Shown here: piece by piece, positions 25,100 to 38,460 of the stretch
How positions within the stretch are numbered: position 1 is the stretch's first letter
Layout: every line of letters begins with the position of its first letter
Assembly (NCBI GenBank): GCA_973895155.1
Contig: OZ316896.1
Location: forward strand, 7,573,278-7,637,277
Reading direction: 5' to 3'
Length of the DNA stretch: 64,000 nt
Origin: Marsupella aquatica
Lineage: Eukaryota > Plantae > Marchantiophyta
Position numbers and translations under genes: made by a program
The notes under the pieces: model-generated
The model's input: the letters and a program-made list of their open reading frames with translations, nothing else
What the model was told of the DNA's origin: nothing
Databases searched by the model: none

Positions 25100-26098
25100 T
25101 ATATCTACTAATAATATGTGTATGCTTTTTTTCAATGTCATTTTGCTTGTCATTGAAATGACATTGAAAAAAACTTAATCACACTTGCATTTGATTATTT
25201 GCTTGCATTTGCATTGAGTTGAATAACTATTGCAGGATTGAAGAATGTGTCATGTCAATTGGATTTGTAAGGTATAGAATGTCTCTTTAGGGTTTCATTC
25301 TGCAAATGTATTGAATAACTTTGTAGTGTATGACTCTTAAAATGACATGGATTTCTGTCTAATAAGACCACCCTAAGTCATTAAATACATGACCTGAATG
25401 ACATATAAATTGACTGATCTAATGGTCATTATGAACATTTACATTTGTGGCCAATATGACTCGCCTCAAGTCATTAAATACATAACTTTAATGACACCTA
25501 AAATGACCGATCTCATGGTCATTATGGACATATATAATTGCGTCCAAAATGACTACTTTGAAGTCATTCAAGACATGTCATTAATGACTAATGTGTATTT
25601 TACGTGTCATCTCCCAATTGAATCACGTGTTCCAATATCACTAGACTACAATGTAGTCATTTTGGACAAGTCTTAAATGATGCAACCCTATTGCCTCGTG
25701 ATGAATACCCTTTGAGCCACATGTCATTACTTGATTTGTTACGTATTGTACGTCATTTTAGACATCCTAAATGACGGATGATCTTCCTTCCTTAATTGCC
25801 ACATGGAATTATATAATTGGGTACGGAGACCGTCGACGGTGAACGACAATTGATCATCAACGGTGGTTTTTTGGTCATTTCGGAACGTTCATGATTTATG
25901 ACCAAATTGTAAATTTAGTCATTTCAGACTATACAAAATGACCACACCTTTTTTGCGTCATTTGTCCAAAAGGACCGTGACCCATATGTCCGTTGTGACG
26001 CGTCTGGAAAGACCTACACAAATGCTTCATTATTTTGTTAAAAAGACCATTTGTATAGTCATTTTTGTGGTCATAAACAACCTTGTTTTCCACTAGTG
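25100..26098. repeat. CACTA-2 subterminal repeats and TIR
   Basis: Dense AATGAC/GTCATT motifs in both orientations, ending at TAGTG (26098). Confidence 0.8.
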
Positions 26099-28917
26099 GT
26101 CATACCTGGCATATGTGGAGTTGGGTGGAAGGAATTGCAATTGGGATGTTACAGACATCTCTTTCGCAAGTCCAATCGATCCTACCTACTGACCGTCTGA
26201 CAATAGGAGGAGTGGATACGTTTGAAGCTTTGGTTTTAAACATCACCAATGATTTCAAGACATATTGTGAAACAATGAAGGCTAAGTTTTTTAGCACAAT
26301 TTGGCAGTCCAAGTACGGGGACAAGGAAGATTAATATACCATTTGCAACTAGAAGCGAGCGAAGAGATATCTCTATCGCTTCTACATGGCGATGGAGACC
26401 GGTTCTCCCCAGTATTTTTGGGCTTACCCTCCTGCATTCCAAAAGTGGTCAGTTCTTGAAGGGGATGCTTTTAGCGAAGTTTACTCAATGTACCCTGCCG
26501 AAGGGGACTTTCCCCCGCGTGACATTTCATTGTGGGAGATAACCCACTGTCTGTGGTATCTTGACACAGATAAGTGGGACACCCCTTTTGATGAAGCTGA
26601 AAAGGATGCCTTTCTGAAATTGTCAAAGTCTTTAGTGCCTAGAAAAGTTATTTCTGAAATGAAACAAGGTTTATCGGAAGATGTGGATGCCTCGTCCAAT
26701 GAGCTGTAGAAACATTGTGAAATAAAAGTTGTGCATGTAGACAGGAGTCAAAAACCCCGGGCGAAAGCAAAAGTAGACACGGGAGTGACCAGCCCATCCA
26801 CAAGATCTGGGAAGAAACGTGAGATTCCTCTATTTTTCATTGGCATTAATTCCGTATTTTCCCTTTACTAGTTTGGATATTTAGGTGATTTTTTCTATAG
26901 CACCACAGATGTTGGTGTCCCTTTATTGGTTGATTTTTGTGCAGTTTGGTTAGCGCCCGGCGCTGGTGTTATTTAGATTGTAAGATTTCCAACTTTTCAA
27001 TCTTTGTTTTAGGTGGACAAAAATCAGATGGAGAAGAAACACAAGATGCGAAGACGATTGTCACTCTTGGCGTCTCTGATGTAGATACGGGGGAACAAGA
27101 TGTCCCTGATGAATAGACTCCTCCCAACACGAAGAAGATGGTGCGACCAGTAGATGCCACCAGCACGAAGAAAAAGAAAAAGAAATCTTCGGATCATGGA
27201 TTTTCCTCTTGGGATTTGGTCGCTTCTACTGGTGTTCAACGAGATGTTGGACAGTTCAAGTCTAAAACTTCTAGGCATGTTTTTGTGGAGTCCAGCGTGA
27301 TGGACTTCTTTGATAGTGTATTCACAAAAGAGCATAAACCGGCATGGGTTTCAAATGTGGAGAAGTGGGGGAAAGACCTTGTCTTGCTTGGTCTCAAGGA
27401 GAAAGGAGTCATAAGAGGAGGAAAGATGAGATCATTTGGAGTTGATGCTGGATTCATTTACCTCCCAACTGGACTGCGCCCATCTCTTTTAGAGAAGTCT
27501 CCAAAGTGGAATTTTCCAGATCACAGAATTGCTGGGTCATTCTTTCGCGCAATGGACCCCTTTCTAGCCGATGATGGTTTATTGGCCATTTTACACACCA
27601 GCGAGTATGATCAGATCTCACAGGTCATTGCCGCGAGCCAGGAGTCTCAAAAGTTCCATTGTGTCAAAACCCTGAATGTGGTTTTGGGAGTTTCAATGTA
27701 CATGGCCCAAAGTGATTGTGAGGTAAATTCCCACCCAACTATAAGGTTGTTTCCAAAATTGGATTGATATGTCTCTCACTCTACGTGCTCATCTTTACTA
27801 GCGTCGAGCGCGATCCAAACAATTGCTTACCTTTGAGGGCTGTGCTTTGTTAGCATCAGGCGCTATCTACAAATGTTTCATATGCCCTTCCATTTGTGGG
27901 CTATACTTTGTTAGCGCCTGGCGCTATCAAAAACTTATTGGTGTTGCCTTGATTATAGGGAATTTCTTTTCATATTGTCTGCATCTTTACAAAGAACTTA
28001 TTAATTGTTTGGGTCTTTCACAAGTTTTCACTTTAAGATTGGATCTGTTCAGTTGTGTTTCTTCGAAGGTTAAGGTTCCAAAGGACCCACTCCTTCAGCA
28101 GCATTTGTTGGGAACGGACTCTTGTCTGTTGGGTTCATGCAATCTGTGTTAGAGTTAATCACCCGGCTGGGTGACATTGTTATGGACTGGACTGTGGGTT
28201 CAGGAAGTTCATTTGTTGCGGGTGACTATAGTGGTCATTTTATTCTTGGCATAGAAAACCGAAAAGAGTTTGTTGATATTGCGGAACAGACTTGGATGGA
28301 GTTGTTGATTCCAAAAGATGTCAGTTCCTATCTCTAGCTAAAGATGCGGCAAAAAAACAGAAAGATAAAGTTTGATCTGTCTTAAATTTTGACTCTGATG
28401 AAGAAGAAGATGCGGGTGGAGATGACGCTTCGGGAGCACATGGGGAAGAGAATGCAGGAAACCAAAAGGAGAGGGAGACGACGGAAGAAACAAAAGATTC
28501 AGATTCTTCTGAGTAATGCCCGTACCTACTTCACTTTTCATTATCGATTTTGGATATGTCCCATTTTGATTTTTGATTCTAATGCGGTTCTGTCCCTCTT
28601 CCAGATCGGAGTGGAATCTTTGAGAACGGTCGGGAGAACGGTTTAATCTCCGGAGGATATTTTCTAGGAAAGTTCTCATTTCTCCTCATAAGCCTTTCGT
28701 GTTGCCCTCTTATGCAGAATATGTTGCACGCAAAGAAGAATATAGGAGAACACTTACTTGGGAGAGTAAGGGGCTACGGTTAAGGAGAGGTTCGGATAAG
28801 AAATTCATCCGTCAGCCTTTTCTTGGTGATGTACCTAGAAGCAAATTTATAGACGATGAAGCCAAGTCTACCAATAGGTCTGATAGTAGTGAGTCCGAGT
28901 CATCTGACTTGGAGTAG
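26099..28917 (+). pseudogene. 3' part of a ParB-like/DNA amino-methyltransferase-like gene (paralog of gene at 48475-62851), 5' part removed by CACTA-2
   Basis: Collinear with 49850-62851 (HTW..W..VEGI, YFWAYP, WYLDTD, WVSNVEKWGKDLV, SFGVDAGFIYLPTG, MDPFL.DDG.LAILH, FTLRLD). C-terminal ELITRLGDIVMDWTVGSGSSFVAGDYSGHFILGIE resembles motif X/I of N6_N4 MTases. Stops and frameshifts present. Confidence 0.85.
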
Positions 28918-30249
28918 GTTAAACTTGTGTTACTTTTTAATGTTTTAACCCTAAACCTTGGACTAGCGCCTGGCGCTATTAAAGTGTATGTTTTGATCTT
29001 AGCCTTCAATGGAGACAAACGCACCAGAAGTCTCTTTCCTTATTACACATTTGTCCACATATCATAAATGCATGTACTTGTACAGTTGTACGCAAAATAA
29101 TTGTACTTTTGATTTTCATACATATTTTTTCAATCTGGTCCCGTTGGTTTTGGTTGTTTTGACTCTCTCAAAGTGCCATTCGTTCTTTAACTTTGGGTCG
29201 CATTTCTCCCTATTCTTTCTGTGCGGCGCCAACTCCTGGAAGTTCTGCATCTACCCAGACTCACCTCATCGGGTATTATCCTGGACCTCCTTTTTTTGCT
29301 GAGCGAGAGGATGGGTTTCGACAAGATGAGGATAGGTTTAATGCAGGATTGGACAACGATTGCAAGTCTTCTACGTCCTGAATAGTGTGTGGATTTCTTC
29401 TGCAATACTAGCGCCTGGCGCTTACTTTGAACTCATCTTTGGAGTGGTTGATGATTTGCATTCATGTCATCTACTTCCGATGTTTTCTCTTTGAACGATG
29501 GCTTCTGTTGGGTATGATAGCCATGACAAAAAACAGAAAACAGAAAACCTGTTACCAGGAAATGTTTTGCTGTTAACAGTCAAATTTTACCTGTTACTAG
29601 TAAGCGATTCCCTGTTACCAGTTTTGCATCAACCATAGCCCTTTGGTCCGAATGAAAAACTACACTAATCACATAATTTTGCTTTAGTGAATTAGGTTTA
29701 AAACAAACAATTATTTTGTGCCATCCGATGGATGAAGAGTACTAGCAATCCTCCCTTGCAACAACATTATGTTGTAGAAGACAACTGAACACGGTATTGG
29801 GACTATACTCAATGAAACATTCATTCAAATATCAAAATTTGTCCAAGCTAAAAAGTGAACCTTAGGGTGGGACCCACCATAGAACAAGTGAAGAGTAGTG
29901 TCCAAATAAACTGAATCAAAATGAGTTCACTTAAATGGACTGTGTATCTTGACAAACAAATGACAAAACACCTCCTAGCGATAACTATATTTTTCAGAAT
30001 AATTGAATAAACGCGGCTTGAAAGATAAAACAGAATGATATCAACTTACACATTTTAAATAAAACATGTTGCAATGCTTACACTACACGCGTACATAATA
30101 AAGCAAGAAAAGTAAGATTTCTGGGAGCAACGCCCAGCGCTAACCAAAAAAATTTGAATAAAAAAAGTAAAATATCCATTGGCTAAAGACAAAATAGTGA
30201 CTATCCGTTATATTGAACAACCTAAACGGAAGTTTCGGCCTCTATTATA

Positions 30250-33154
30250 AGCCATTCAAGTTCTGCCTCTCCAAGACAAGCCTAACTTCGCCCACAGTCA
30301 AAATTGGTTGGCTACAAAGAGTCGACTCCCCAACCTTGAGCAAGTTTGAAAACATTTATGTACACCCAGTATAGATGTTTACAAGGCATGTACGACTTGC
30401 CACGCGAATGTCGTTGGAAGAAGTCCTCACAAGAGCAAGCATGGAAGATACAGATTTGCATGAAGTACAGCTTGGTGATCGAAGGTTCTCATGGGTTCGA
30501 ATTTGAAATTGCTTTCCAAAAGCATTTCCAGTCGGAACATTCCATTCCCCATCCAAACTCATCTCTTCTTGTCATGCAAACTCCATTCGCTTAGTGTGAC
30601 CCACAATGAGATTAGACCGAGGTCTTGAGTTCCTCCCATTCCGACTACCCAGCCGGACATTTGGCTCCAAAAACCTTATTGTTTCTGGGAACACGTTCAC
30701 ATTTATCCTAAGGTCAAATGAAGATGGCACAGATCGACTCGATCCTATTGTTCGGGCTAAGACAAGTCCTTGCTCTTTGAGGAACGTGATTTCAGAAAGA
30801 GAGAGGCTTGTACCATTCAAAATAGTCAAAATTTCAGGAAGAGGAGGAAGCTAATGAACACCACGACGCGAACGACTCTTATAATAGGTTTGGTTTGGGC
30901 AGAACCAAATCATTTTGGAGATGGGCTCGCCCCTGAAGAGACGATGGCCCTTCACGACAATTCCAACAACACCGTCAGACAAATGGAAGCCAACCTTCTT
31001 GATACGATTTCGACACTCATCGCGATCAGAACTCCCATTGAGTGTCCCATTACACTGGGGACCTGCTCCATACTTGGACGTCCGTCACAACTGCCACTGC
31101 CCCAGAGGGACATCCTTCTCTAGCACAATCGTGCATGGAAGTGGATTCTGAAGTGAGGCTGGGGCACTGAGTGGAGGTTTTGTGGATCTTGTTGTACGGG
31201 TTGTTTGAGGGTATTGTCCAGTGAATCAGTATCACCATCTGATGTGTCCATACCAGAGAGATTCACCACTCTTGTCACATGATCATTAGAATTAGAGGGA
31301 ATGGAGGCAAAGTCAGTTCTGTTTAGGTTTTTCCTTTTCAAACCACAAATATTTGGTGTGGTTATGAGAACGGTGTCATGCCGATGGGAGTCTTGTGGAG
31401 ACACAGTCCCAGTTGCATGTCCCTTTCTCTTCATTGACTTGGTCACGATATCTCCGTTAAGGGGAGTACTTCTTTCCAAATCAAAGTCCGCCGCGTTGGA
31501 AAGAAGCATGCTGGTCGCATCTTCAAATAACCTCGGCAAACCTACTTGATCGGCGGAACGGAACGCCAATTCCCATATAGTTGGCCCCTTTCCTCTGTTC
31601 AACCCTTTCCGATATGCATTGTATCCCGCAACTTGAGACAGGGCTCAGTTTTGGTCAACTTTGCATGCTTCAAAAAGACCAACATTTTTCTTTGTAGCCC
31701 ACGCTTTCATCGACGCATGCCTTGATTCTGACCCTGTACAATTGGGAATCAAGGCACCTTCTTCTGCGCTTTTGCTTTGCCATAGTCCGAATGCAATAAT
31801 AAGTACTAGCATTGTATTACCAGCGCCCGGCGCTGGCACCGACAAGTATGTATAACAGATGTGAAATACAATTGCAATTATGATTCTGGAACTTTATGGA
31901 CATGTTAGACTCAATGTATTGTATTCCTGGTTTTTACGTGTAAGATATGAGCAAATCATACCAACGCCTGGCGCTAATATAAAGTTGAATGATGGAAATG
32001 AAAGACAAGAGAGGAGATGGATGTCATACCACTCGAATAAAATTGCCCCACTGGCGCCATCGAACAACCCACCAAGATATCCAGCTTTGTAGCATCATGA
32101 GCTTTCCAGGGACACAGTTTCCTGATTGCCACCAAACCACAATCTCTTGGGACAAGCGATACTCTACCACAAACGTTGGAGCGTTTCTTAGTTTCTCCCA
32201 AAGTCTCCGATGTTCCGATTGACATTCTTCGAGTACTCCTTCCTTGGAATGTCGATGGAAAGATTGATAAAAGTGAAATGCATCAGAGCGCTCCCTCTCC
32301 GGGTCTAGGTGTCCATAAAAAAACATTCCGCACAACATTCCATCCAGCTTGTGCATTGTCCGCCATAAACCCTTGGATGACAACCTCTTGTAATCCATTC
32401 TCCTTGCAAACCTCAATCATAACTCTCCAAGCCTTTTCGAAAGACTCAGTGTCTTCACCTTTCAACTCGCATGTGAAAATTGTACAAAGTGCACGGAAGT
32501 TATGGTCGTAGACATGCACGCTAAAAGTAAACCAATTGGTTGTGATACGCTGCATCACATCAAAATTGACCCAGGCTCCATCGAGTCTTCCACCAAGTTG
32601 CATCTGTCTCAAAAGATCCACACCGGAACCGTGACCCTTTGTGGTCATTTTAGAGATGTGAGGCCTGTCGTCTTGATATCCCTGACCCAGGAGCAAATAC
32701 CTCTGGAGAAATGATAGGTTAATCCTCTTTTGCATTTGCGAGAGAAAATCTAGATCACCCCAACCCTTTTGGTCTATCCTAACGCTCCGACAAAGAGATG
32801 CAAACTTCTGGGGAGTGGAAAGTACCATCAGAGACTTCCATATTTCAGTTTCTTCGATATCGACCATGTCGTCAACATGTTCGTAGAGAGCTTTCACTAT
32901 GGACCCTGTAGCAGAATTCAAGATCCCAGTTGGTTTTGCCAGAGGATTGGCTTCATGATTTTTTTTAATTAAATCCTCAGCCATCTTCTCCGCACTCCTA
33001 CAAAAGGTTTTTCTATCTGGATGGTTATGCTCACCTATATGAATCGCCAAGCGGGACATATGACTACATGTTCCACATCAAGTAATACTTGCAGGTACAT
33101 ATAGAACAAACGGGCAGGGCGGTAATTGACACAAAAAGGAATCTGATCACAATA
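30250..33154 (-). pseudogene. MULE-type transposase with C-terminal SWIM finger (3' part)
   Basis: MSRLAIHIGEHNHP; WVNFDVMQR..F.VHVYD..LCTIF.CEL..ED; GFMADNAQAGWNVVRNVF..RSDAFHFYQS; NCTGSESRHASMK; SWIM ACSCEDF...MPCKHLYWV at about 30360-30450. Frameshifts and an intron at about 32030-31780. Confidence 0.8.
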
Positions 33155-33189
33155 ATCAGCCTATTCATTAAAAGTATATTATTATTTGA

Positions 33190-33520
33190 TTTATGTACAT
33201 TTGGGCAATGAAAAATGTACTTTTGGGCTTGGAAAAGTGTACATTTGGCCAATGAAAAGTGTACATTTGGGGATAGAAAAGTGTACAATTGGCCCAAAGA
33301 GTGTACATTTGGGCAATGAAAAGTGTAAATTTGAACATCAAAATAGGTACATTTGGCTTTAAAAGTGTACATTTGAGTACATTTGGCCTAGAAAGTGTAC
33401 ATTTGAGTGAAAAATGCATACATTTGGCTTAAAAAGTGTACATTTAAGTGCATTTGGTCTAGAAAGTGTAACTTTTAGTGCAACAAAGTGTACATTTGGC
33501 CTAAAAAGTGTACATTTGCC
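33190..33520. repeat. Left subterminal repeats AAAAGTGTACATTTGG
   Basis: More than 10 copies next to the left TIR. Confidence 0.9.
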
Positions 33521-33769
33521 TACCAACTCTTCTTATAATCATTTAAAAGAAAGGAATGAATAGAAAAATATTTTTAATTATGTAGAAAAAGCAAACATTC
33601 ATATTCATAATGATCAAAAGTTTAGAAAATGAGGAGATAGTATCAAATTAAAACTATTAGAATAGTAAATAACTAGTACGTAAATTACTATGTTTGAATG
33701 AGTGACTATCTTAGTTACATAAAAACTAGTAACTATCTATTTAATTATTATAGCTTCTAACAACTAAGT

Positions 33770-36700
33770 CTACTTGTCCATCCTTTGAAGATAATTTTGG
33801 ACAGTTTGTAGAACATTTCGAGGGATCTTCAAACCTCTGCCCGCCATGTTTTCTTCTTTCATTCCAGATTTAAAACCATACATTGCAGAATTTGCATACT
33901 GCTAATGTTGAGTATTCTCACCAAACCCTGGATCTCGTTCCCATGTCTTAGTGGACATGAAACAATTTAGATACCGCGCACTCTCAATCACATCAAGTTT
34001 AGAGTGTTTAGGCCTCCACCATTCAACTGGGAACATTGGAGCGTACTGTCAAGGCAGAGAAGGGTTTGTTGAAGATGTAGTTGGGACTTCATGCTTTGGG
34101 TCCACCAAACCCAAAGCTCTCACCAACCAGAAATGACCTCCACCATTTTTATTCTCCCAATCATCCTCGGGTCGAAGAAATACAAAGTTTCCTTCACAAA
34201 TATCCTGTAAAGGAATCCATCGTCCTTGTTCTCTCTCAGCTCGAGATCCAACAAATGGTGTTGCTTGATCTTCCATCTCTTCCAAGACCTCATCTTGAAG
34301 AGCCGTTATCTCTGCATTCTCCTCATCTTCACTTGGAGGACCACTTTGTTCCGGTTGGTTGACCTTGTAACCAGTGCCGTGGTTAGTCTTAGGCCAAAAT
34401 CTGTTTTTCAAGGGAAATTTAGTACTTCCCTCCCCTTCTAGTGCGAGCCCATTTGTCAACAACTCCACAATTCTCTCCCAATATTTCACAAGAGGAAATC
34501 TTTCCTTATATGCTATAGATGTCTCATCAGTGCAACTCCTTCTCAAAAAATCAAAATACTTGTTAAGAAATGGGATAATCTCTTCAGATTTTTTGTGTAT
34601 CTCTCCAATGGATTTAGCTAAGGGCTCTCCACTAGGTAAAAGAAGAGAATTTGTTGTCAGAGCTGTTGCCCAAATGCACCTTCCACCAACTGGAGCCCAA
34701 GCTTGCTTTACATGGGACTTATACTGAAATATTGGTACATTATCTCTCATAGAGAAAAGAAATGATACAGGTTTTGAGTGACCTTGAATATCTTTCACCT
34801 TGAAAGTTTGAAGATATTCTTTGTAAGATGCAACTTCTTGTATCAATCTGGGAACTGGATGAATGCTCTCGCATTCCCATACCTCTGCCATAAGAGCAAG
34901 GAGGGTTGCAACTTCTTTGTGCTGAACTTGATATGATACCTTTGAAAAGAGTGCATCAACATCTTCGTGCGTATGACCAACCATTAGAAAAGACATTTGA
35001 ACAGTTTCAAATACTCCTCTACTCACAAGCTCGTTACAAAATGCCATGACAGTCTGGTTTTTGTTGTCCTTTGCTGAATTATCCATCTGCAATGTTAGGT
35101 GCCTTGGCAAGGGCTTGAACGATGGACTTCCTTGCTCTCCTTGCATGTCTTCTCCTTCATCCTCATCTTGTTGGTTTGGGACGGTCTCAGTCCGACTCTC
35201 AACTCCATCTTCAGAACCAATATACCTATTCACCGGTATATTCTTTGGTTCCAAATAACCCGTCAAAAATGCTTCAAAGTCAAGTAGGGCTTGAAAGAAG
35301 GTCTGTGAGGTTCCCAATGAAGGCCATCCAACATGTCACCTGTCTTGTCTCCATTGTACTCTTCAAGGTCTCGAAGACACTTAGCCAAGGATGTCACTAT
35401 GAAATCGGCATCTCCTGGCCAAAGGCCAGTGACACTAAAGTGTGCATAAACTCCTGGATCCCTCCCGTGGGTCAACATCCCTGTGAGAGCAATAGGTGCG
35501 GCATTCCATGACCCGAAAGAGATTTAGGAGTACTAACCATTTTTGGAATCCATGTCTTTCCTTGATCCATCTTGTCGTGAATAATGCAAAGATATTCTCC
35601 TGGGTGTTGTTTGGCCATCACTCGATGAGCGTAGTAAACATATCTACGTGACATTTGCTCACGAAGATGTTGCGCTCGCTTTTCTTCAATTTCAGCACGT
35701 TCTTTTTTCCTTCTTTCTCGCATCAAACTGTCTTTGTATTCACAAAAAAGAGTACACTTGGCAAATGCACCATCTTTATGAAAACTGAAGTTTGCAAATG
35801 AGTTGCTCCAGATCTTGTAGAGAGTATTCTTTGTGATAGGAGGAAGCCCTTCTTCCTTCATCTTTGTTCTCACATCTTCCAGAATCTCTAGCTTCTTGTA
35901 ACACGCCGGAAGACGGTACTCAGTAGAGTCTGTCCCATGTGCCCCTCCATAAGGCATATGAGGCATGGGCTCTGTATTTTGAGTCAAAAAAGCCTCCAAC
36001 AAAGCTCGTGCATGCAAGGTATTTGCCCTTGTTTTCATCAAGCCCGTATTGCCATGGAACCCAATTTTGCAACCCTCCACATATCTCCTTTTGTAATCAT
36101 AATATTTGGTGTGGCTAAAATCGTGGATAATTGCAAATGCATGTCTGCATACGACCATACCCTTAAGAACATGGTGTCCCTTATCACGAACATCATCCTC
36201 TCTATAGTGAAAGAGGTTGAAAATATGTGACGTTTTTGACTCGCTTGACATCCCATGAAATTCCATCCTAATATCTTTGATGTTTTCCCTTGGCATAATG
36301 AGACAACATTTTTGCTTGCAACAATTTTCTCTTTTCACGTCATCAATTGACGCCTTTGTTGTTTTTGAAATTGCCTTGGTTTCCAACAACCTCCTCTTCT
36401 TTTCATTCGGATCTACTTGATTCCTCTTGTTGAAATTGTACGGCCTTGAACACAGTACTCCTCTATCACTTACATCCGCATTGAGTTCATCCCTATCCAT
36501 TGAGTCCCTTCCACCAAAATGTATGACAAAAATTTTCCATTTGCAACTAGTTTTGTTGAATCAATCCGCCATCGAATCAAACTCACTACTCCCTTGGGAA
36601 AGTATTGTGCTGCCACGACATCTTTCACAGCAATCCCAACATGGTCATCACCAAGAATTTCATCATCAACTGCTGCTGTCACTTGAGGGACAGTGATCGT

Positions 36701-37527
36701 TCCAGTGGCAACCATTTTGGTTCGATCCAAACCAGTGTAGAGTTCAACCAACTCTGACATCCAGTTTGCCCGATGAAAATAGTCACACTTAGTGTCCGTG
36801 GTGTTCGCCGAACAAGACTGTGAAACAAAATTTGCCTTGTCCTTCTGCTTCTTAGAGGAAGATTTGTTGCTCCCATCAATATCAACATTCCATACTTTAT
36901 TATGGACGTCAACCACATCCCATAGAACCCAGGAGCCCTTTGCCTCTTCAATTGTTGCAGCTCCACCATGTGCGTAAGGTAAAGTCTTACTACCATGAAT
37001 CACATCTGTGACTTTTACACTAACCCGAGACTCACCGAGTAATATGTTATGACATCTCTCCATTGGATCGGTCTTGAAAACAACTCCAAAGGCCACACAA
37101 TGGCCAGAGATAAACATTTCAACCTCATCGCCTGGCCTTAGGGTGGTCGAAGCATCCTCCTCTACATTTGCAAAATTATGGATGTTGTTATCTTTTCGAG
37201 TTGAACAACTACCAATACTGATGCATTTTTTAGTAATCTTATCCGCAGATCGATATGCACATGACATATCCCAAATGACACATGAGTCAATGGCATCATG
37301 AAGATTTTCTGCCCTAGGCATTGGAAAAGGGAGCTTCCTAGTCTCACCAAAGGCCTTCTCAATGAGAACCCCAATTCGATTCTCTCCCAGCACAATATTT
37401 TGAACACTCTCTCGCGGATTTGTCTTTTGAACTGTCCCATTTCCAACGTCGTAACCATCGATTGTCAAGGTAACATCATCGCCCCTAGAAAACCTTTGAG
37501 GCATCCTTTTCCTATTTTCTTGCACAC
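33770..37527 (-). pseudogene. DUF7869/Sola1-like DDD/E transposase with N-terminal triplicated beta-rich domain
   Basis: CCKQKC, VCRHAF, FAKC, HLREQMSRRYVY, LCIIHDKMDQGKTWIP, MLTHG..WPGDAD, LTLQMDNSAKDNKN, FLMVGHTHEDVDALFS. ORFs 36470-37525, 35472-36500, 35263-35478 and 34049-35317 are joined by frameshifts. Confidence 0.85.
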
Positions 37528-37579
37528 TGAAAAAAATGGATTAAAACCAAACTCATGCAAATTTTGATTCAGACTACTA

Positions 37580-38460
37580 TCCTCCAATTTTGGATTTGGA
37601 CTAGGACCATCCGAGTCCGGATTTGGACCGGGACCATCCAAGTCTGGATTAGGACTGCAATCCTCTGAGTCTGGATTTGGACTACGATCCTCCGATTCTG
37701 GATTTGGCCTGGGACCATCCGAGTCCGGATTTGGACCAGGACCATCCAAGTTCGGATTTGGACTGCAATCCTCCGAGTCTGGATTTGGACTACAATCCTC
37801 CGATTCTGGATTTGGACTGGGACCATCCGAGTCCGGATTTGGACCGGGACCATCCAAGTCCGGATTTGGACTGCAATCCTTCGAGTCTGGATTTGGACTA
37901 CGATCCTCCAATTCTGGATTTGGACTGGGACCATCCCAGTCCAAGGTTGGACTAGGACCATCCCAATCCAAACTAGGACTTGGACCATCCAAGTCCAAAC
38001 CTGGACTCGGACCATCCCAATCCAAACTTGGACTTGGACCGTCCAAGTCCAAACTTGGACTCGGACCATCCCAATCCAAACTTGGACTCGGACCATCCCA
38101 ATCCAAACTAGGACTTAGACCATCCAAGTCCAAACTAGGACTCGGACCATCCCAATCCAAACTTGGACTCGGACCATCCTAATCCAAAGTTGGACTCGGA
38201 CCATCCAAGTTCAAACTTGGACTCGGATGATCCCAATCCAAAGTTGGACTCGGACCATCATAATCCAAAGTTGGACTCGGACCATCCCAATCCAAACTAG
38301 GACTTGGACCATCCAAGTTCAAACTTGGACTCGTATGATCCCAATCCAAAGTTGGACTCAGATGATCCCAATGCAAACTTGGACTAGGACCATCCGAATC
38401 CAAACTTGGACTAGGACCATCCGAATCCAAACTTGGACTAGGACCATCCTAGACCAACCC
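37580..38460. repeat. About 32 tandem 27-bp quasi-palindromic units (TTGGACT.GGACCATCC.A.TCCAAAC and variants)
   Basis: 27-bp period, seen as 9-aa repeats in ORFs 37465-38160 and 38179-38430. Two subtypes switch near 37940. Confidence 0.95.

Larger units (their letters stand above)
18289..26098 (+). mobile_element. CACTA element 2 (right TIR present, left end not found)
   Basis: TnpD and TnpA on the + strand, ATGAC/GTCAT-rich subterminal region, terminus ...CCTTGTTTTCCACTAGTG at 26098 (reverse complement CACTAGTGGAAAACAAGG) directly abutting the coding sequence of another gene. Confidence 0.88.

Noticed and set aside
33150-33160. Alternative TSD readings (5-bp ATAAT with CAG ends; 3-bp TAA)
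   Set aside because: Formally possible, but they give CHYYC. The 4-bp AATA reading restores CxxC and fits Sola TSD length, so it is preferred but not proven.
33064-33419. ORFs 33064-33372 and 33168-33419
   Set aside because: Translations of the subterminal AAAGTGTACATTT repeats.
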